The notes beneath the pieces were generated by a model, which saw only the letters and a list, made by a program, of their open reading frames with translations, did not search any database and was not told the origin of the DNA. Positions 1 through 9,258 of a stretch of 32,000 bases of DNA are shown one piece after another; within the stretch, counting starts at the first letter, position 1, and each line of letters begins with the position of its first letter. Location: contig NC_022093.1 of NCBI RefSeq assembly GCF_000446015.1, positions 1,050,001 through 1,082,000 of the forward strand. Reading direction: 5' to 3'. Origin of the DNA: Thermofilum adornatum. GTDB lineage: Archaea > Thermoproteota > Thermoprotei > Thermofilales > Thermofilaceae. The position numbers were made by a program, and so were the translations under genes.

Positions 1-1095
1 TTACTCTACGTCATTGCATTCTTGCTCGCTAAAAAGAAGCGTTTCCAAAGCATAGAGATAGATGTTGAAGGAGGCGCAATTCTAGTCAAGACGACTAAAC
101 TTAATGAGTTTATCGAGAACTTCGGAAAAAGACATGCAAGACTATTCAAGGTTCTTGGAAACATTGCAATATTGTCTTCTATCCCGATGGCCGCTTACGG
201 CATATACTTTTTCCACATGAATCTACAGCTCTGGAAAGTTGCCCCCTCAACTGCTAGCCCCGTAGCCCCTATCCTGCCAGGAATCACGGTGGGCTTAGAC
301 GAGCTTCCATATTTCCTCCTAGCCATAGCAATAACACTCATACCACACGAATTGGCGCATGCCTTCCATGCCTCCAGCGAAGACATAAAAGTAAAGTCTG
401 CAGGCGTATTCCTTTTCTTTATCCTTCCAGGCGGGTTCGCCGAGATAGACGAGGAGGAGCTTGCAAAGAAGCCTCTGGGGACACAGCTTAGAGTTTTCGC
501 CGCTGGAAGCTTCGCCAACATTTTAACTTTTCTCGTGTTTTTAGGGGTATTTTCCTTGCTGTTCGCTTCGCCATTAGCGCCAAACCCGGCAGGCGTAAAA
601 ATTGTGTATGTAAATTCCAGCTATCCTGCCTACGGTCATTTGACGCAGGGAGACATAATAATAGCGATAAACAATATACCTACTAATACTTTGGATGATT
701 TTTCAAGGATTCTTGGCAACTTCAAGCCAAACGAAACAATTCATCTAACAATAATTAGGAACGGGAGACCTCTTAACCTTACCTTGACCCTAGACAAAAG
801 TCCTTACAACAGCTCGAGAGGTTTTCTAGGCGTAACGATACAGCAAGCCTATACCAATGAGTGGATGTATAAATCGTCTTGGTGGCTTCTCGTGGTAACC
901 TCAAGTGTAGCCATTATCAACGTGATGCCAATTTTTCCACTCGACGGCGGTAGAATGCTGATGGCAGCCCTCGAGAAAGTTTTGCCAAAAAACACTGCTA
1001 GGAATATATCTCTCGCGCTAAGCATCTACCTCGCAGGCATCCTGGTAGCAAACATATTATACTCCGCCGGATATTGGCTGCCTTTCAGGCCTTAA
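1..1095 (+). CDS. Site-2 protease family (M50) zinc metalloprotease with PDZ domain; 5' end probably outside the window
   Basis: The reading frame is open from nt 1, and the TTG at 22 is only the first possible start. HExxH motif in a hydrophobic context (LIPHELAHAFHA). PDZ-like segment (GVKIVYVNSSYPAYGHLTQGDIIIAINNIP...). S2P-type second motif INVMPIFPLDGGRM. Multiple TM segments. Confidence 0.85.
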   Translation, partial: LLYVIAFLLAKKKRFQSIEIDVEGGAILVKTTKLNEFIENFGKRHARLFKVLGNIAILSSIPMAAYGIYFFHMNLQLWKVAPSTASPVAPILPGITVGLDELPYFLLAIAITLIPHELAHAFHASSEDIKVKSAGVFLFFILPGGFAEIDEEELAKKPLGTQLRVFAAGSFANILTFLVFLGVFSLLFASPLAPNPAGVKIVYVNSSYPAYGHLTQGDIIIAINNIPTNTLDDFSRILGNFKPNETIHLTIIRNGRPLNLTLTLDKSPYNSSRGFLGVTIQQAYTNEWMYKSSWWLLVVTSSVAIINVMPIFPLDGGRMLMAALEKVLPKNTARNISLALSIYLAGILVANILYSAGYWLPFRP

Positions 1096-1796
1096 ATCGA
1101 GATTTCAGAGCCCTCTCCAGGTACCTCAAAATCTACCGGGAACCTATTGAGTTTCATCAACTTTCTCCTTGCCTCGAGGCTCACAGAGTGGAGCGGAAAA
1201 ATAAGCTCGACCCCCTTCTTAGAGAGTCTCTTCAAAAAGCCCAAATTATACATGTCCCTCGAGCTGACTCCAAGTCCCCCAACAACACCAAAAATTCTCA
1301 GGTTACTCGAGAATAGCCATCCAAAAGTCTCCTTGAATCCATGCACACTGCATCCAGCAAGGAGAATGTATCCCTTCTCAGTTGGTATCAGTAGTCCCTG
1401 CTCACCCCACGGAGAAGAAGTTTTCACAAGATAGAAGCCCGGCAGAAACCGTATCTCTTCGAGTCTTGTTCCGTCTTTATACCTTAACGGTAGGGGAGGC
1501 CTCAAGATTATGGTTCTCTCTGCATATTCATCTATACAGCCAATGTGATGAGATAAATGGATGGATCCTACAATAATATCTACGCGGGTATGTTCACCTA
1601 GAACCCCCACGTTATACTCCAAAATTTTCTTTGACGGGCCAGTATCGAAAAGTATCCTCTTCTTTTCTCTGTCAAGGGAAGCTTCGACCAGAATGGATAG
1701 GCCATGCGCTGGGACTACCCCCTCTACAGAGGGGATATCGTCTACTAAGACCTTAAGGGAGACTTCTCTTGGTACCTCTGGATTCTTTTCACTCAT
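1092..1796 (-). CDS. Metallo-beta-lactamase-fold protein (COG1237-like), metal-binding motif apparently degenerate
   Basis: 234-aa ORF. N-terminal pattern PAHGLSILVE...RILFDTGPS is typical of this MBL subgroup. Where HxHxDH is expected the sequence reads IHLSHHIGCIDEY. 4-nt convergent overlap with the M50 gene. Confidence 0.6.
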   Translation of the reverse strand: MSEKNPEVPREVSLKVLVDDIPSVEGVVPAHGLSILVEASLDREKKRILFDTGPSKKILEYNVGVLGEHTRVDIIVGSIHLSHHIGCIDEYAERTIILRPPLPLRYKDGTRLEEIRFLPGFYLVKTSSPWGEQGLLIPTEKGYILLAGCSVHGFKETFGWLFSSNLRIFGVVGGLGVSSRDMYNLGFLKRLSKKGVELIFPLHSVSLEARRKLMKLNRFPVDFEVPGEGSEISI

Positions 1797-1877
1797 CTAT
1801 ATGCCTTCTCTCCATCTATCTGCTAGTAAAAATATTTTTCAGCTCTGGCAATAAAATTTTGGATCTGAACCTTGGAG

Positions 1878-4109
1878 ATGCAGGACGAAGTGCTGAGAGA
1901 AATATCGATTGAGAATAGACATAAGGTAGTCTATGTTCACTTTGAGCCTCCACGAGAGCCCGCGCTCGGCGGCCCTGTTGAGAAGACAGTTTCTGACAGC
2001 TACTTATTGGAGGCGCTAAAGAAAAGAGGCATAGAAAATCTTTACAAATTCCAAGAGGAAGCCATAAATGCTATACGCAACGGTAAAAACACGCTTATAA
2101 TATCGGGTACAGGCACGGGAAAAACTGAGGCATTCCTCATTCCTATAATCGAAGACCTACTAAAGGAGCCAAACACACGCGCAGTACTTGTATACCCAAC
2201 AAAGGCACTAGCACGGGACCAAGTAGAGAGAATCCAGTACTACACCAGTGCAGTTTTTGGATTCAGGGTGGGTGTCTATGACGGCGACACGCCAGATAGG
2301 GAAAGGGAAAACCTGCAATCATATCCTCCCAAAATATTGATAACTAACCCAGACATGCTCCACATCTCCTTGAGGAAAGCAGGCTTCCTACAGGAATTTC
2401 TCCAAGAAACAAAATACATTGTCCTCGACGATGCACACATTTACAGCGGCGTTTTCGGCGCGCATGTATACTACATCTTGAGGCGTCTCAAAAGAATCGT
2501 TAAAAACGAGCCAGTTTTGGTCGCGTCATCTGCTACTATAGGGAACCCCGAGGAGTTTGCAGAAAAAATTCTGGGAGAAAACTATACAATTGTCAGTGCA
2601 GGGGCTACGAGGAGAGCTCCGATCTACCACGTCATGCTGAGGCCCGTGTTGAGGTCTAAGCTAGCAGAATCAATCTACTTGTTACAGTTACTATCTTCGA
2701 GGAAACTTAAAACACTTCTTTTCGTGGACAGCCATAAAGTGGCTGAAAGCGTATCGCTTCTTGCGAAGCAGGCAGGCGTCAAGGTAGAGGTTCACAGGGC
2801 AGGGCTTCTACCAGAGCACAGAAAGAGGGTAGAAGAGAAACTCAAAAAAGGAGAAATAGACGCAGTAGTCGCAACGCCAACACTAGAACTAGGCATCGAC
2901 ATAGGTGAGCTAGACGCCGTCATCATGCATAATATTCCACCAACATATAGCAAGTACCTCCAGAGAGCTGGAAGAGTGGGCAGAAGAGGGAAAACCGGAT
3001 ACGTCTTCCTGATTCTTGGAGACGACCCAATAAGTAGCTACTATGAAAGGAACCCCCAGGAATTCTATACACAGGTCTCCGACCCAGTATTCCTTGACCC
3101 AGCAAACGAGGAAGTGGTACGTGTACACTTGGTAGCCATGTCTCTGGATTCGCCCTTCAAACTTGAAGAATTAACAACATTTGAACGGGTGGTCTGTAAA
3201 AGGATGGAAGAGGAAGGCTATCTCAAAAAGGACATCAACGGGTATTACCAACCCACGCTGAAGGGTCTAAGATTTCTCCGTTCTCGGGAAAATATTCGAG
3301 GAGTAGGCGAACAGATTAAAATAGTCACAGAGACGGGGAAAGTCCTCGGGTACAGGGAATATCCCCAGGCAATCAAAGAGCTTTTCCCAGGAGCCATATA
3401 TCTCCACGCCGGGACGCCGTACATATCGCTGGGGATCAAGAAGGGGAAAGCAGTCGTAAAGCTTCTTCCCGTAAAAATGCCTCCTGTAACCACTTCTCCC
3501 TTATACTACACCTATCCATACGACGGGAAAGTATACCTCGAAAGAGAGGTCATGGGGATTCATGTAAGGTATCTCGACCTAACAATCGAAGACCACGTCT
3601 ACGGCTACGTAACCAAGACTTTCCCCGAGGGACAAGTCGTTTCACAGAAACTCTTGGAGGACGAACTTACATATTCCTTTAAAACCAAAGGGATACTCTT
3701 AGAGTTTCCACCCAAGCAGGAATGGACAGATATCCAAAACGCCGAGGCATTCCACGCAATAGAGCATGCACTAATTTTTGCGGGTCAGATGATTGTTGGC
3801 GCATCACAGACAGACATGGGCGGGATAAGTTTCCCGACAGGACAAATCTACATCTACGACTCATTCCCGGGAGGGTCAGGAGTCACCAAACAGCTGTTCT
3901 ACAAGCTAGAAGAAGCCCTTAAACGGGCATACAACATTGTCTCTAAATGTAATTGCGAAGATGGTTGCCCAAGGTGCATTTACTCCCCCTACTGTGGAAA
4001 CAATAACCAGATGCTCAGCAGGAGAAAGGCAGAATCTGTTCTAAAAGAAGTTCTCTCCCTAAAAATCTTGAGAAAACCAGTGCAGAGGACTGGAAGACCT
4101 ATCGTTTAG
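1878..4109 (+). CDS. DEAD/DEAH-box (SF2) helicase with C-terminal DUF1998/MZB zinc domain, MrfA/YprA-like
   Basis: Motif I GTGTGKTEAF, Ia PTKALARDQ, II VLDDAH, III SSAT, VI YLQRAGRVGRRG. C-terminal four-Cys cluster CNCEDGCPRCIYSPYCGNNNQ is characteristic of DUF1998. The track start 1872 is TTG; I prefer ATG at 1878. Confidence 0.9.
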   Translation: MQDEVLREISIENRHKVVYVHFEPPREPALGGPVEKTVSDSYLLEALKKRGIENLYKFQEEAINAIRNGKNTLIISGTGTGKTEAFLIPIIEDLLKEPNTRAVLVYPTKALARDQVERIQYYTSAVFGFRVGVYDGDTPDRERENLQSYPPKILITNPDMLHISLRKAGFLQEFLQETKYIVLDDAHIYSGVFGAHVYYILRRLKRIVKNEPVLVASSATIGNPEEFAEKILGENYTIVSAGATRRAPIYHVMLRPVLRSKLAESIYLLQLLSSRKLKTLLFVDSHKVAESVSLLAKQAGVKVEVHRAGLLPEHRKRVEEKLKKGEIDAVVATPTLELGIDIGELDAVIMHNIPPTYSKYLQRAGRVGRRGKTGYVFLILGDDPISSYYERNPQEFYTQVSDPVFLDPANEEVVRVHLVAMSLDSPFKLEELTTFERVVCKRMEEEGYLKKDINGYYQPTLKGLRFLRSRENIRGVGEQIKIVTETGKVLGYREYPQAIKELFPGAIYLHAGTPYISLGIKKGKAVVKLLPVKMPPVTTSPLYYTYPYDGKVYLEREVMGIHVRYLDLTIEDHVYGYVTKTFPEGQVVSQKLLEDELTYSFKTKGILLEFPPKQEWTDIQNAEAFHAIEHALIFAGQMIVGASQTDMGGISFPTGQIYIYDSFPGGSGVTKQLFYKLEEALKRAYNIVSKCNCEDGCPRCIYSPYCGNNNQMLSRRKAESVLKEVLSLKILRKPVQRTGRPIV

Positions 4110-4710
4110 CCACAATATTTATGCATATTCTCTCGAGAGGTAGACATCGACATAAGACAGGCTGTCCTATTTTTAAGCCCGTGAGGCTGCTAACAGAAAA
4201 AAGCACGGGAACACTCTTCTTGGAAATCCTTAATGAATCCAAGAGAAACCTCTTCAATATCCGTAAATCTCTACCTGCCAAAATCGAAACGTCTACAGGT
4301 TTTTCCGCCTCCATGGGAAAATAGGGCGGGTTCGTGAAAACAAGGTTAAATGCGTTTCTCCTCAGGCACGAGGCAGCATCACAAAGAACAACATCTATGT
4401 AGCCGTCCACCTTGTTAGCTCTGGAATTTACCTTCATTGCCCTCAAGCATTTCTCATCTATGTCTGACCCCACAACATATATCCCCCTCTTTGCAACGAG
4501 CAGTGAGAGCTGTCCAGATCCGCACCCAATCTCTGCCCATGGCTCTTCCATTTGTATCCTCGCCAAAACCATTGAGAAAAGATCTGAAGTAATCGTACCA
4601 GCGGGGGTAAAGCAACCTGAAGGAACATAGAGCCTATTTCCCCTGAAAAATATCCAATTTTTGTGGCGTACAAGATAAAATCTCAGCAAAGTTTTTGTAA
4701 CTGTAAGCAT
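4099..4710 (-). CDS. Small class I SAM-dependent methyltransferase, HemK/Mtq2-like (NPPY motif)
   Basis: SAM motif I EIGCGSGQLSL, acidic loop DID, motif IV FTNPPY; about 200 aa. The upstream start at 4755 would overlap asnS, so I prefer ATG at 4710. 11-nt convergent overlap with the helicase 3' end. Confidence 0.75.
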   Translation of the reverse strand: MLTVTKTLLRFYLVRHKNWIFFRGNRLYVPSGCFTPAGTITSDLFSMVLARIQMEEPWAEIGCGSGQLSLLVAKRGIYVVGSDIDEKCLRAMKVNSRANKVDGYIDVVLCDAASCLRRNAFNLVFTNPPYFPMEAEKPVDVSILAGRDLRILKRFLLDSLRISKKSVPVLFSVSSLTGLKIGQPVLCRCLPLERICINIVAKR

Positions 4711-4744
4711 TAGTCTCCCAGTAACTGTGTCTGGTGGAATCGCG

Positions 4745-6040
4745 ATGCAGGCCACAGATATTATTCCGGTGAAGGAGGCATTAAAACTTCCGGCGGGCTC
4801 AACTGTAAAGGTTCGCGGATGGGCTTATCGGAGGCGAGACCTAGGCGACAAAGCATTTATCGTTGTGAGAGACTCAACGGGAATAATACAGGCAGTCTTT
4901 ACGCCAGATTCGCCGAGCCACCCAGACGCTAGAAAGGTAACCGTGGAATCCTCACTCGTGGTTGAGGGGACATTAAAGGATGACCCACGTGCTCCAGGAG
5001 GAAAAGAGATACAGGGAAAAAAGCTCGAAATCGTTCACCTTGCTGAAAACTTTCCCATAAGGCGGGATGCCTCTAGAGAATTTCTCCTAGAGGTTAGGCA
5101 CCTTGCAGTCAGAAGCAGGAAAATGACCTCGGTGCTAAAGATAAGGAACACTGTTTTCGAAGCTCTCCACGAATGGTTCAGGGCCAACGGGTACTACGAG
5201 GTTCAGGGACCAATGTTTGTATCTGCTGCTGTAGAAGGTGGAGCAACCCTCTTCCCCGTCAAATACGTGGATGGAAGCACAGTGTATTTGACACAGTCTT
5301 CACAGTTCTATCTAGAGGCGCTTATCTTCAGCCTAGAAAAAGTGTACACAGTGGCTCCATCCTTCAGGGCTGAGAAGTCTCGTACCCGGAGACACCTAAC
5401 AGAGTTTTGGCACGCAGAAGCCGAAGTAGCTTGGACAAACCTGGAAGGCATAATGAAAGTGGAAGAAGAACTCGTAGCCCACATAGTCAGGAGGGTCCTA
5501 GAGAAAAACGCTGAAGACCTAGAATTACTGGGCAGAAAGACCGAGATCCTCAGGAATGTTGAGCCTCCATTTCCAAGGCTAAGCTATGACAAGGCCATAG
5601 AGATACTGCAAGGCAAAGGATTCAAAGTTTCTTGGGGAGACGACTTGGGGGCAGACGAAGAGCGTGCACTCACCGAGGAGTTTGACAGGCCATTTTTCCT
5701 CTACGGCTTTCCCGTTCAAGCCAAGGCATTCTATCACAAAAACGACCCATCGCGTCCAGAAGTAACGCTCTCGGCAGACCTTCTGGCACCTGAAGGATAC
5801 GGGGAAATCATTGGTGGTGGTGAAAGAATAGAAAAACTAGAAGAACTAGTAGAGAAGATCAAATCTTTTGGTCTTAATCCACGGGACTATGAGTGGTATC
5901 TTGACCTGAGGAGATACGGCTCTGTTCCTCACGCCGGGTTTGGATTGGGGATGGATAGGCTAGTCACTTGGATAGCTGGGCTAGAACATATAGTTGATTC
6001 TTTGCCTTTCCCGAGAACAGTGTCCAGAACGTATCCATAG
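4745..6040 (+). CDS. asnS: Asparaginyl-tRNA synthetase (class IIb)
   Basis: Motif 2 region PSFRAEKSRTRRHLTEFWHAEAEVAW is AsnRS-like rather than AspRS-like. Motif 3 GFGLGMDRLV. C-terminal PFPRT. N-terminal OB anticodon-binding region. ATG at 4745 preferred over GTG at 4727. Confidence 0.9.
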   Translation: MQATDIIPVKEALKLPAGSTVKVRGWAYRRRDLGDKAFIVVRDSTGIIQAVFTPDSPSHPDARKVTVESSLVVEGTLKDDPRAPGGKEIQGKKLEIVHLAENFPIRRDASREFLLEVRHLAVRSRKMTSVLKIRNTVFEALHEWFRANGYYEVQGPMFVSAAVEGGATLFPVKYVDGSTVYLTQSSQFYLEALIFSLEKVYTVAPSFRAEKSRTRRHLTEFWHAEAEVAWTNLEGIMKVEEELVAHIVRRVLEKNAEDLELLGRKTEILRNVEPPFPRLSYDKAIEILQGKGFKVSWGDDLGADEERALTEEFDRPFFLYGFPVQAKAFYHKNDPSRPEVTLSADLLAPEGYGEIIGGGERIEKLEELVEKIKSFGLNPRDYEWYLDLRRYGSVPHAGFGLGMDRLVTWIAGLEHIVDSLPFPRTVSRTYP

Positions 6041-6063
6041 TTTCTTCTTTGTTGTCTTCTTTA
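6041..6063 (+). terminator. T-rich tract after asnS, candidate archaeal oligo-T terminator
   Basis: tttcttctttgttgtcttcttta immediately follows the TAG at 6038-6040. Confidence 0.3.
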
Positions 6064-6113
6064 GAATAAAAAATGTTTAAATTCTTGGGAATTTTTGATT
6101 ATTGGTATTACTA

Positions 6114-6359
6114 ATGACGATGTCAAAAAGAACTGCTCTGGCATATGTTCCTCCTGGTAGCATAGTAAAAGTCATAGATGTAAGTGGAGGTTATGGCAGC
6201 ATTAGGCGTCTATACGAGATGGGGATAGTTCCAGGATCAGAGGTAAAGGTTGTTTTTAACAGTGCTGGGCCAACGGTTTTAGAGAAAAATGGGACAAGAA
6301 TAGCCATAGGTAAAGGTCTAGCTATGAAGGTTATAGTCGAGGTGTTAAGCCATGAATAA
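6114..6359 (+). CDS. feoA: FeoA-family small protein (ferrous iron transport protein A)
   Basis: About 80-aa SH3-like protein (GSIVKVIDVSGG...RRLYEMGIVPGSEVKVV...IAIGKGLA) directly upstream of and overlapping feoB. TATA-like tttaaatt at 6076-6083. Track start 6102 is TTG; ATG 6114 or 6120 is more likely. Confidence 0.8.
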   Translation: MTMSKRTALAYVPPGSIVKVIDVSGGYGSIRRLYEMGIVPGSEVKVVFNSAGPTVLEKNGTRIAIGKGLAMKVIVEVLSHE

Positions 6360-8439
6360 TGTTGTCAGGGTTGCACTCTTGGGTGCCCCTAATGTTGGGA
6401 AAAGCACTCTTTTCAATACTCTTGTAGGTGCACATAGGTTCGTGGGGAACTGGCCTGGAAAAACTGTCGACCGCTACGAGGGGGAGCTTGAACACCATGG
6501 GATAAAAATAAGGATCGTTGATCTTCCAGGCACCTATAGTTTAAGTGCTCAATCAGAGGAGGAGGAAATAGCTAGAGACTACATTATACACGAGAAACCA
6601 GATGTAGTAGTGGTAGTTGTAAATGCTATCGCGCTGGAGACAACCCTGTATCTGGCTGTCCAAGCGCTTGAACTAACGAGTCGCATAGTTATCTTGGTAA
6701 ACAAGATAGATGTGGCAGAAAAAATGGGTATACATATCCACATCGAAAAACTTTCCAGCCTGCTCGGAGTACCCGTAGTCGCTGTGTCCGCTCTTCATCG
6801 TTCTGGTCTGCATGAGGCAATAGAAGCAATAATAAATGTTGCTCGCGGCACCTATCATGTTAGAGGTCCCAGTCTATCTTATGGGATAATAGACTATTAC
6901 ATATCTCACTTCGAGAAAACACTAGAATCCTGCGAGGCGAGTTCCATTTTTCCTAGAAGATGGCTAGCTCTGAAGCTAGTGGAGGGAGACAAGCATATTG
7001 ACGCCATTATGCAGGAGAAGTGTCCAGAACTCTACAGTGAGGCCCTAAAGAGTAGAAAACAAATAATGGAGCAATTTGGAAAAAGCCCAGACCTTATTGT
7101 AGCGAGTAGTCGCTATGAATTTATTTCAAAGGTTATCGACCAAGTCATCTACAAGGGTAAGCTTGCCACGCCGCCACTAACCGAGAAACTAGACAATATT
7201 CTTCTTAAACCGCTGATAGGCCAGCTTACACTTTTCATTATTTTGGCTTTTCTTATAGGGCTTGTACTTACCGTAAATACTGGTTTTCCAATAAAACAAA
7301 TCGCAGAGGCGCTGGGACTAAGCGCAGTTGCAGAATTTTTGGAAAACTATAGTTTGAGTGGTATCGTGGCATTTGCATTTAATGTATTAAGCGAGCAACT
7401 TAGAACGTTTCTAATAGCGCTACAACTACCTGACTGGCTTATCTCCATAATTGTGGATGGAGCCTTTGCCGGCGTGGGGGCGGTACTATCTTTTCTGCCG
7501 TTAATTTTCTTGGTGTTTATCGCTTTCGGCTTTCTAGAGGACACAGGAATTATGTCAAGGCTTGCCGCTGTTTACCACGAAACCATGGTAAAGTTTGGCC
7601 TCTCAGGAAAAGCTCTAATGCCTCTCCTCTTGGGATTTGGATGCAACGTCCCCGCAGTGATGGGGACAAAAATACTTAGTACTGACAGAGAAAAATTCTT
7701 GGCATCCTTTCTGGCCCCCCTCATTCCGTGCCAGGCAAGACTAGTAGTTCTCTTAATGCTATTATCTCTTATACCCAACCCGGTTATAGCAGGTCTGCTT
7801 CTTCTCTTCATCTATCTGTATTCGTTTATCCTTGTCGGCATTCTAGGATACCTTATAAGCCGGTACATGGAAAAGACACGAGAAGAACCACAGCTTATTA
7901 TCGAGTTGCCACCGTATCATCTTCCAAGTCTAAGGGTGATATGGTGGTATGCTTGGGACAATACGCTACATTTTCTTAAAAAGGCGGGCATAATAATTTT
8001 TGCTATTTCAACATTAATGTCTCTTCTACTAATGCTCGGACCAAGCGGGATCGTTTCAAGCGTCGAGGGATCATATGCATACAGTATAAGCAACCTTATC
8101 ACACCTATCTTGACGCCCATCGGGCTTGATAGATGGGAGGTGGCTCTTTCTCTTCTAAGCGGCTTCCTAGCTAAGGAAAGCATAGCTTCGACACTGTTGA
8201 TTGCCACTGGGAAGGATACTCCGCAAGTCGCTCTAGCTACGTTAAACATTACGTTGCCCCAAATAGTTTCCTTTATGCTTTTCATCAACTTATACACTCC
8301 CTGCGTTGCAACTCTTAGCGCCTTCTATTCCCAGGTAAAAAGCGCTAAGTACACTGTTTTACTCATACTGACAGAGCTATTCTTGGCCTATGTATCAGCT
8401 TTTATAGCTTTCAAAATTTTTACCTTATTGATGCCATGA
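6352..8439 (+). CDS. feoB: Ferrous iron transport protein B (GTPase plus permease)
   Basis: N-terminal G-domain (GAPNVGKSTLFN, DLPGTYS, NKID) followed by a large polytopic membrane domain. 8-nt overlap with feoA. Confidence 0.95.
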   Translation: MNNVVRVALLGAPNVGKSTLFNTLVGAHRFVGNWPGKTVDRYEGELEHHGIKIRIVDLPGTYSLSAQSEEEEIARDYIIHEKPDVVVVVVNAIALETTLYLAVQALELTSRIVILVNKIDVAEKMGIHIHIEKLSSLLGVPVVAVSALHRSGLHEAIEAIINVARGTYHVRGPSLSYGIIDYYISHFEKTLESCEASSIFPRRWLALKLVEGDKHIDAIMQEKCPELYSEALKSRKQIMEQFGKSPDLIVASSRYEFISKVIDQVIYKGKLATPPLTEKLDNILLKPLIGQLTLFIILAFLIGLVLTVNTGFPIKQIAEALGLSAVAEFLENYSLSGIVAFAFNVLSEQLRTFLIALQLPDWLISIIVDGAFAGVGAVLSFLPLIFLVFIAFGFLEDTGIMSRLAAVYHETMVKFGLSGKALMPLLLGFGCNVPAVMGTKILSTDREKFLASFLAPLIPCQARLVVLLMLLSLIPNPVIAGLLLLFIYLYSFILVGILGYLISRYMEKTREEPQLIIELPPYHLPSLRVIWWYAWDNTLHFLKKAGIIIFAISTLMSLLLMLGPSGIVSSVEGSYAYSISNLITPILTPIGLDRWEVALSLLSGFLAKESIASTLLIATGKDTPQVALATLNITLPQIVSFMLFINLYTPCVATLSAFYSQVKSAKYTVLLILTELFLAYVSAFIAFKIFTLLMP

Positions 8440-9239
8440 TGCATATCCAACCCTCTGGCTCGCAGTTAATAATTGGTGGATGGAAAGAAACAAGCCTTGT
8501 AGATGTATTAGAGAGTGTCTCTTTTACGCTGTGGCTGTCCTACTGTAATTTCAAGTGTCCATGGTGTAGCAATAGCAGGCTCGCTAGAGGATACGAGAAA
8601 AAAGTAGTACCCATAGGAGAAATAGTCTCACATGTACGGGAAGCAAGAAACTTTGTAGACTATTTCCACGTCACGGGGGGCGAGCCAACCCTGCAGTACA
8701 GAAGCCTAGTAACTCTCTACCTCAAAATAAAGGAGGAAACGGGCCTCAAACTAAGCTTGGACACCAACGCGTCTCTCCCAGAAGCTCTCCAATACATATT
8801 TTCACATGTAAAAATCGACCACGTTGCTATAGATGTTAAGGCCCCGCTCAGCGTCGCGGCACTATACGCTAGGGTAGCAGGCCTGCAAACAAAAATAGCC
8901 GAGAAAATTGTAGAAAGGGTTAGGGAAGGTATCATGCTGACTTCTCAAAACACCGAGTTTTTGGAGCTTCGTACTCTACTCGTGCCAGACCTCCTCTCTC
9001 CAAGCGACATAGAAACGATTTCGAGAGAACTTGCAAATCTAGACCTGAAGGTTCCGAGAATAGCATATGTGGTTCAACAGTTCATACCCTATGAGGGCGT
9101 CCCGGATGAATATAGAAATAAAAAGAAGACTCCACGAGAACTAGTCAAGCAAACCGCTGAGAGAGTAGCAAAAGTGTTTCCGGACAACGTAGAAATATGG
9201 TATAGAACCATTGAGGACGGAAACGTAAGAATACGATAA
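8436..9239 (+). CDS. Radical SAM protein, NrdG/PflA-type activating-enzyme-like
   Basis: CxxxCxxC motif CNFKCPWC. GGEPTLQ motif. N-terminal IIGGWKETSLVD pattern. The start ATG (8436) overlaps the feoB TGA (8437-8439) as ATGA. Confidence 0.85.
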   Translation: MMHIQPSGSQLIIGGWKETSLVDVLESVSFTLWLSYCNFKCPWCSNSRLARGYEKKVVPIGEIVSHVREARNFVDYFHVTGGEPTLQYRSLVTLYLKIKEETGLKLSLDTNASLPEALQYIFSHVKIDHVAIDVKAPLSVAALYARVAGLQTKIAEKIVERVREGIMLTSQNTEFLELRTLLVPDLLSPSDIETISRELANLDLKVPRIAYVVQQFIPYEGVPDEYRNKKKTPRELVKQTAERVAKVFPDNVEIWYRTIEDGNVRIR

Positions 9240-9240
9240 G

Positions 9241-9258
9241 TTGTTTTCAATTTTTTGC
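9241..9258 (+). terminator. T-runs after the feoAB-radical SAM operon, candidate terminator
   Basis: ttgttttcaattttttgc (T4 and T6 runs) lies in the 19-bp gap between convergent genes. Confidence 0.35.

Noticed and set aside
195-521. 108-aa minus-strand ORF inside the M50 protease gene
   Set aside because: It is antisense to a gene with clear HExxH, PDZ and LDG motifs. The Ser/Ala/Arg-rich shadow frame has no independent support.
1074-1854. Four + strand ORFs (1074-1316, 1147-1434, 1382-1576, 1561-1854) of 64-97 aa
   Set aside because: All lie antisense to the 234-aa MBL-fold ORF, which has recognisable family motifs. Their products are low-complexity Ser/Pro/Leu-rich with no motifs. These are typical shadow ORFs.
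1878-4755. Helicase-DUF1998 plus methyltransferase interpreted as a DISARM-like or other anti-phage defence locus
   Set aside because: The helicase has the fused MrfA/YprA housekeeping architecture. The methyltransferase is a ~200-aa HemK/Mtq2-type enzyme oriented convergently. No PLD nuclease, SNF2 or large DNA methylase genes are present, and the flanks are core genes (S2P protease, asnS).
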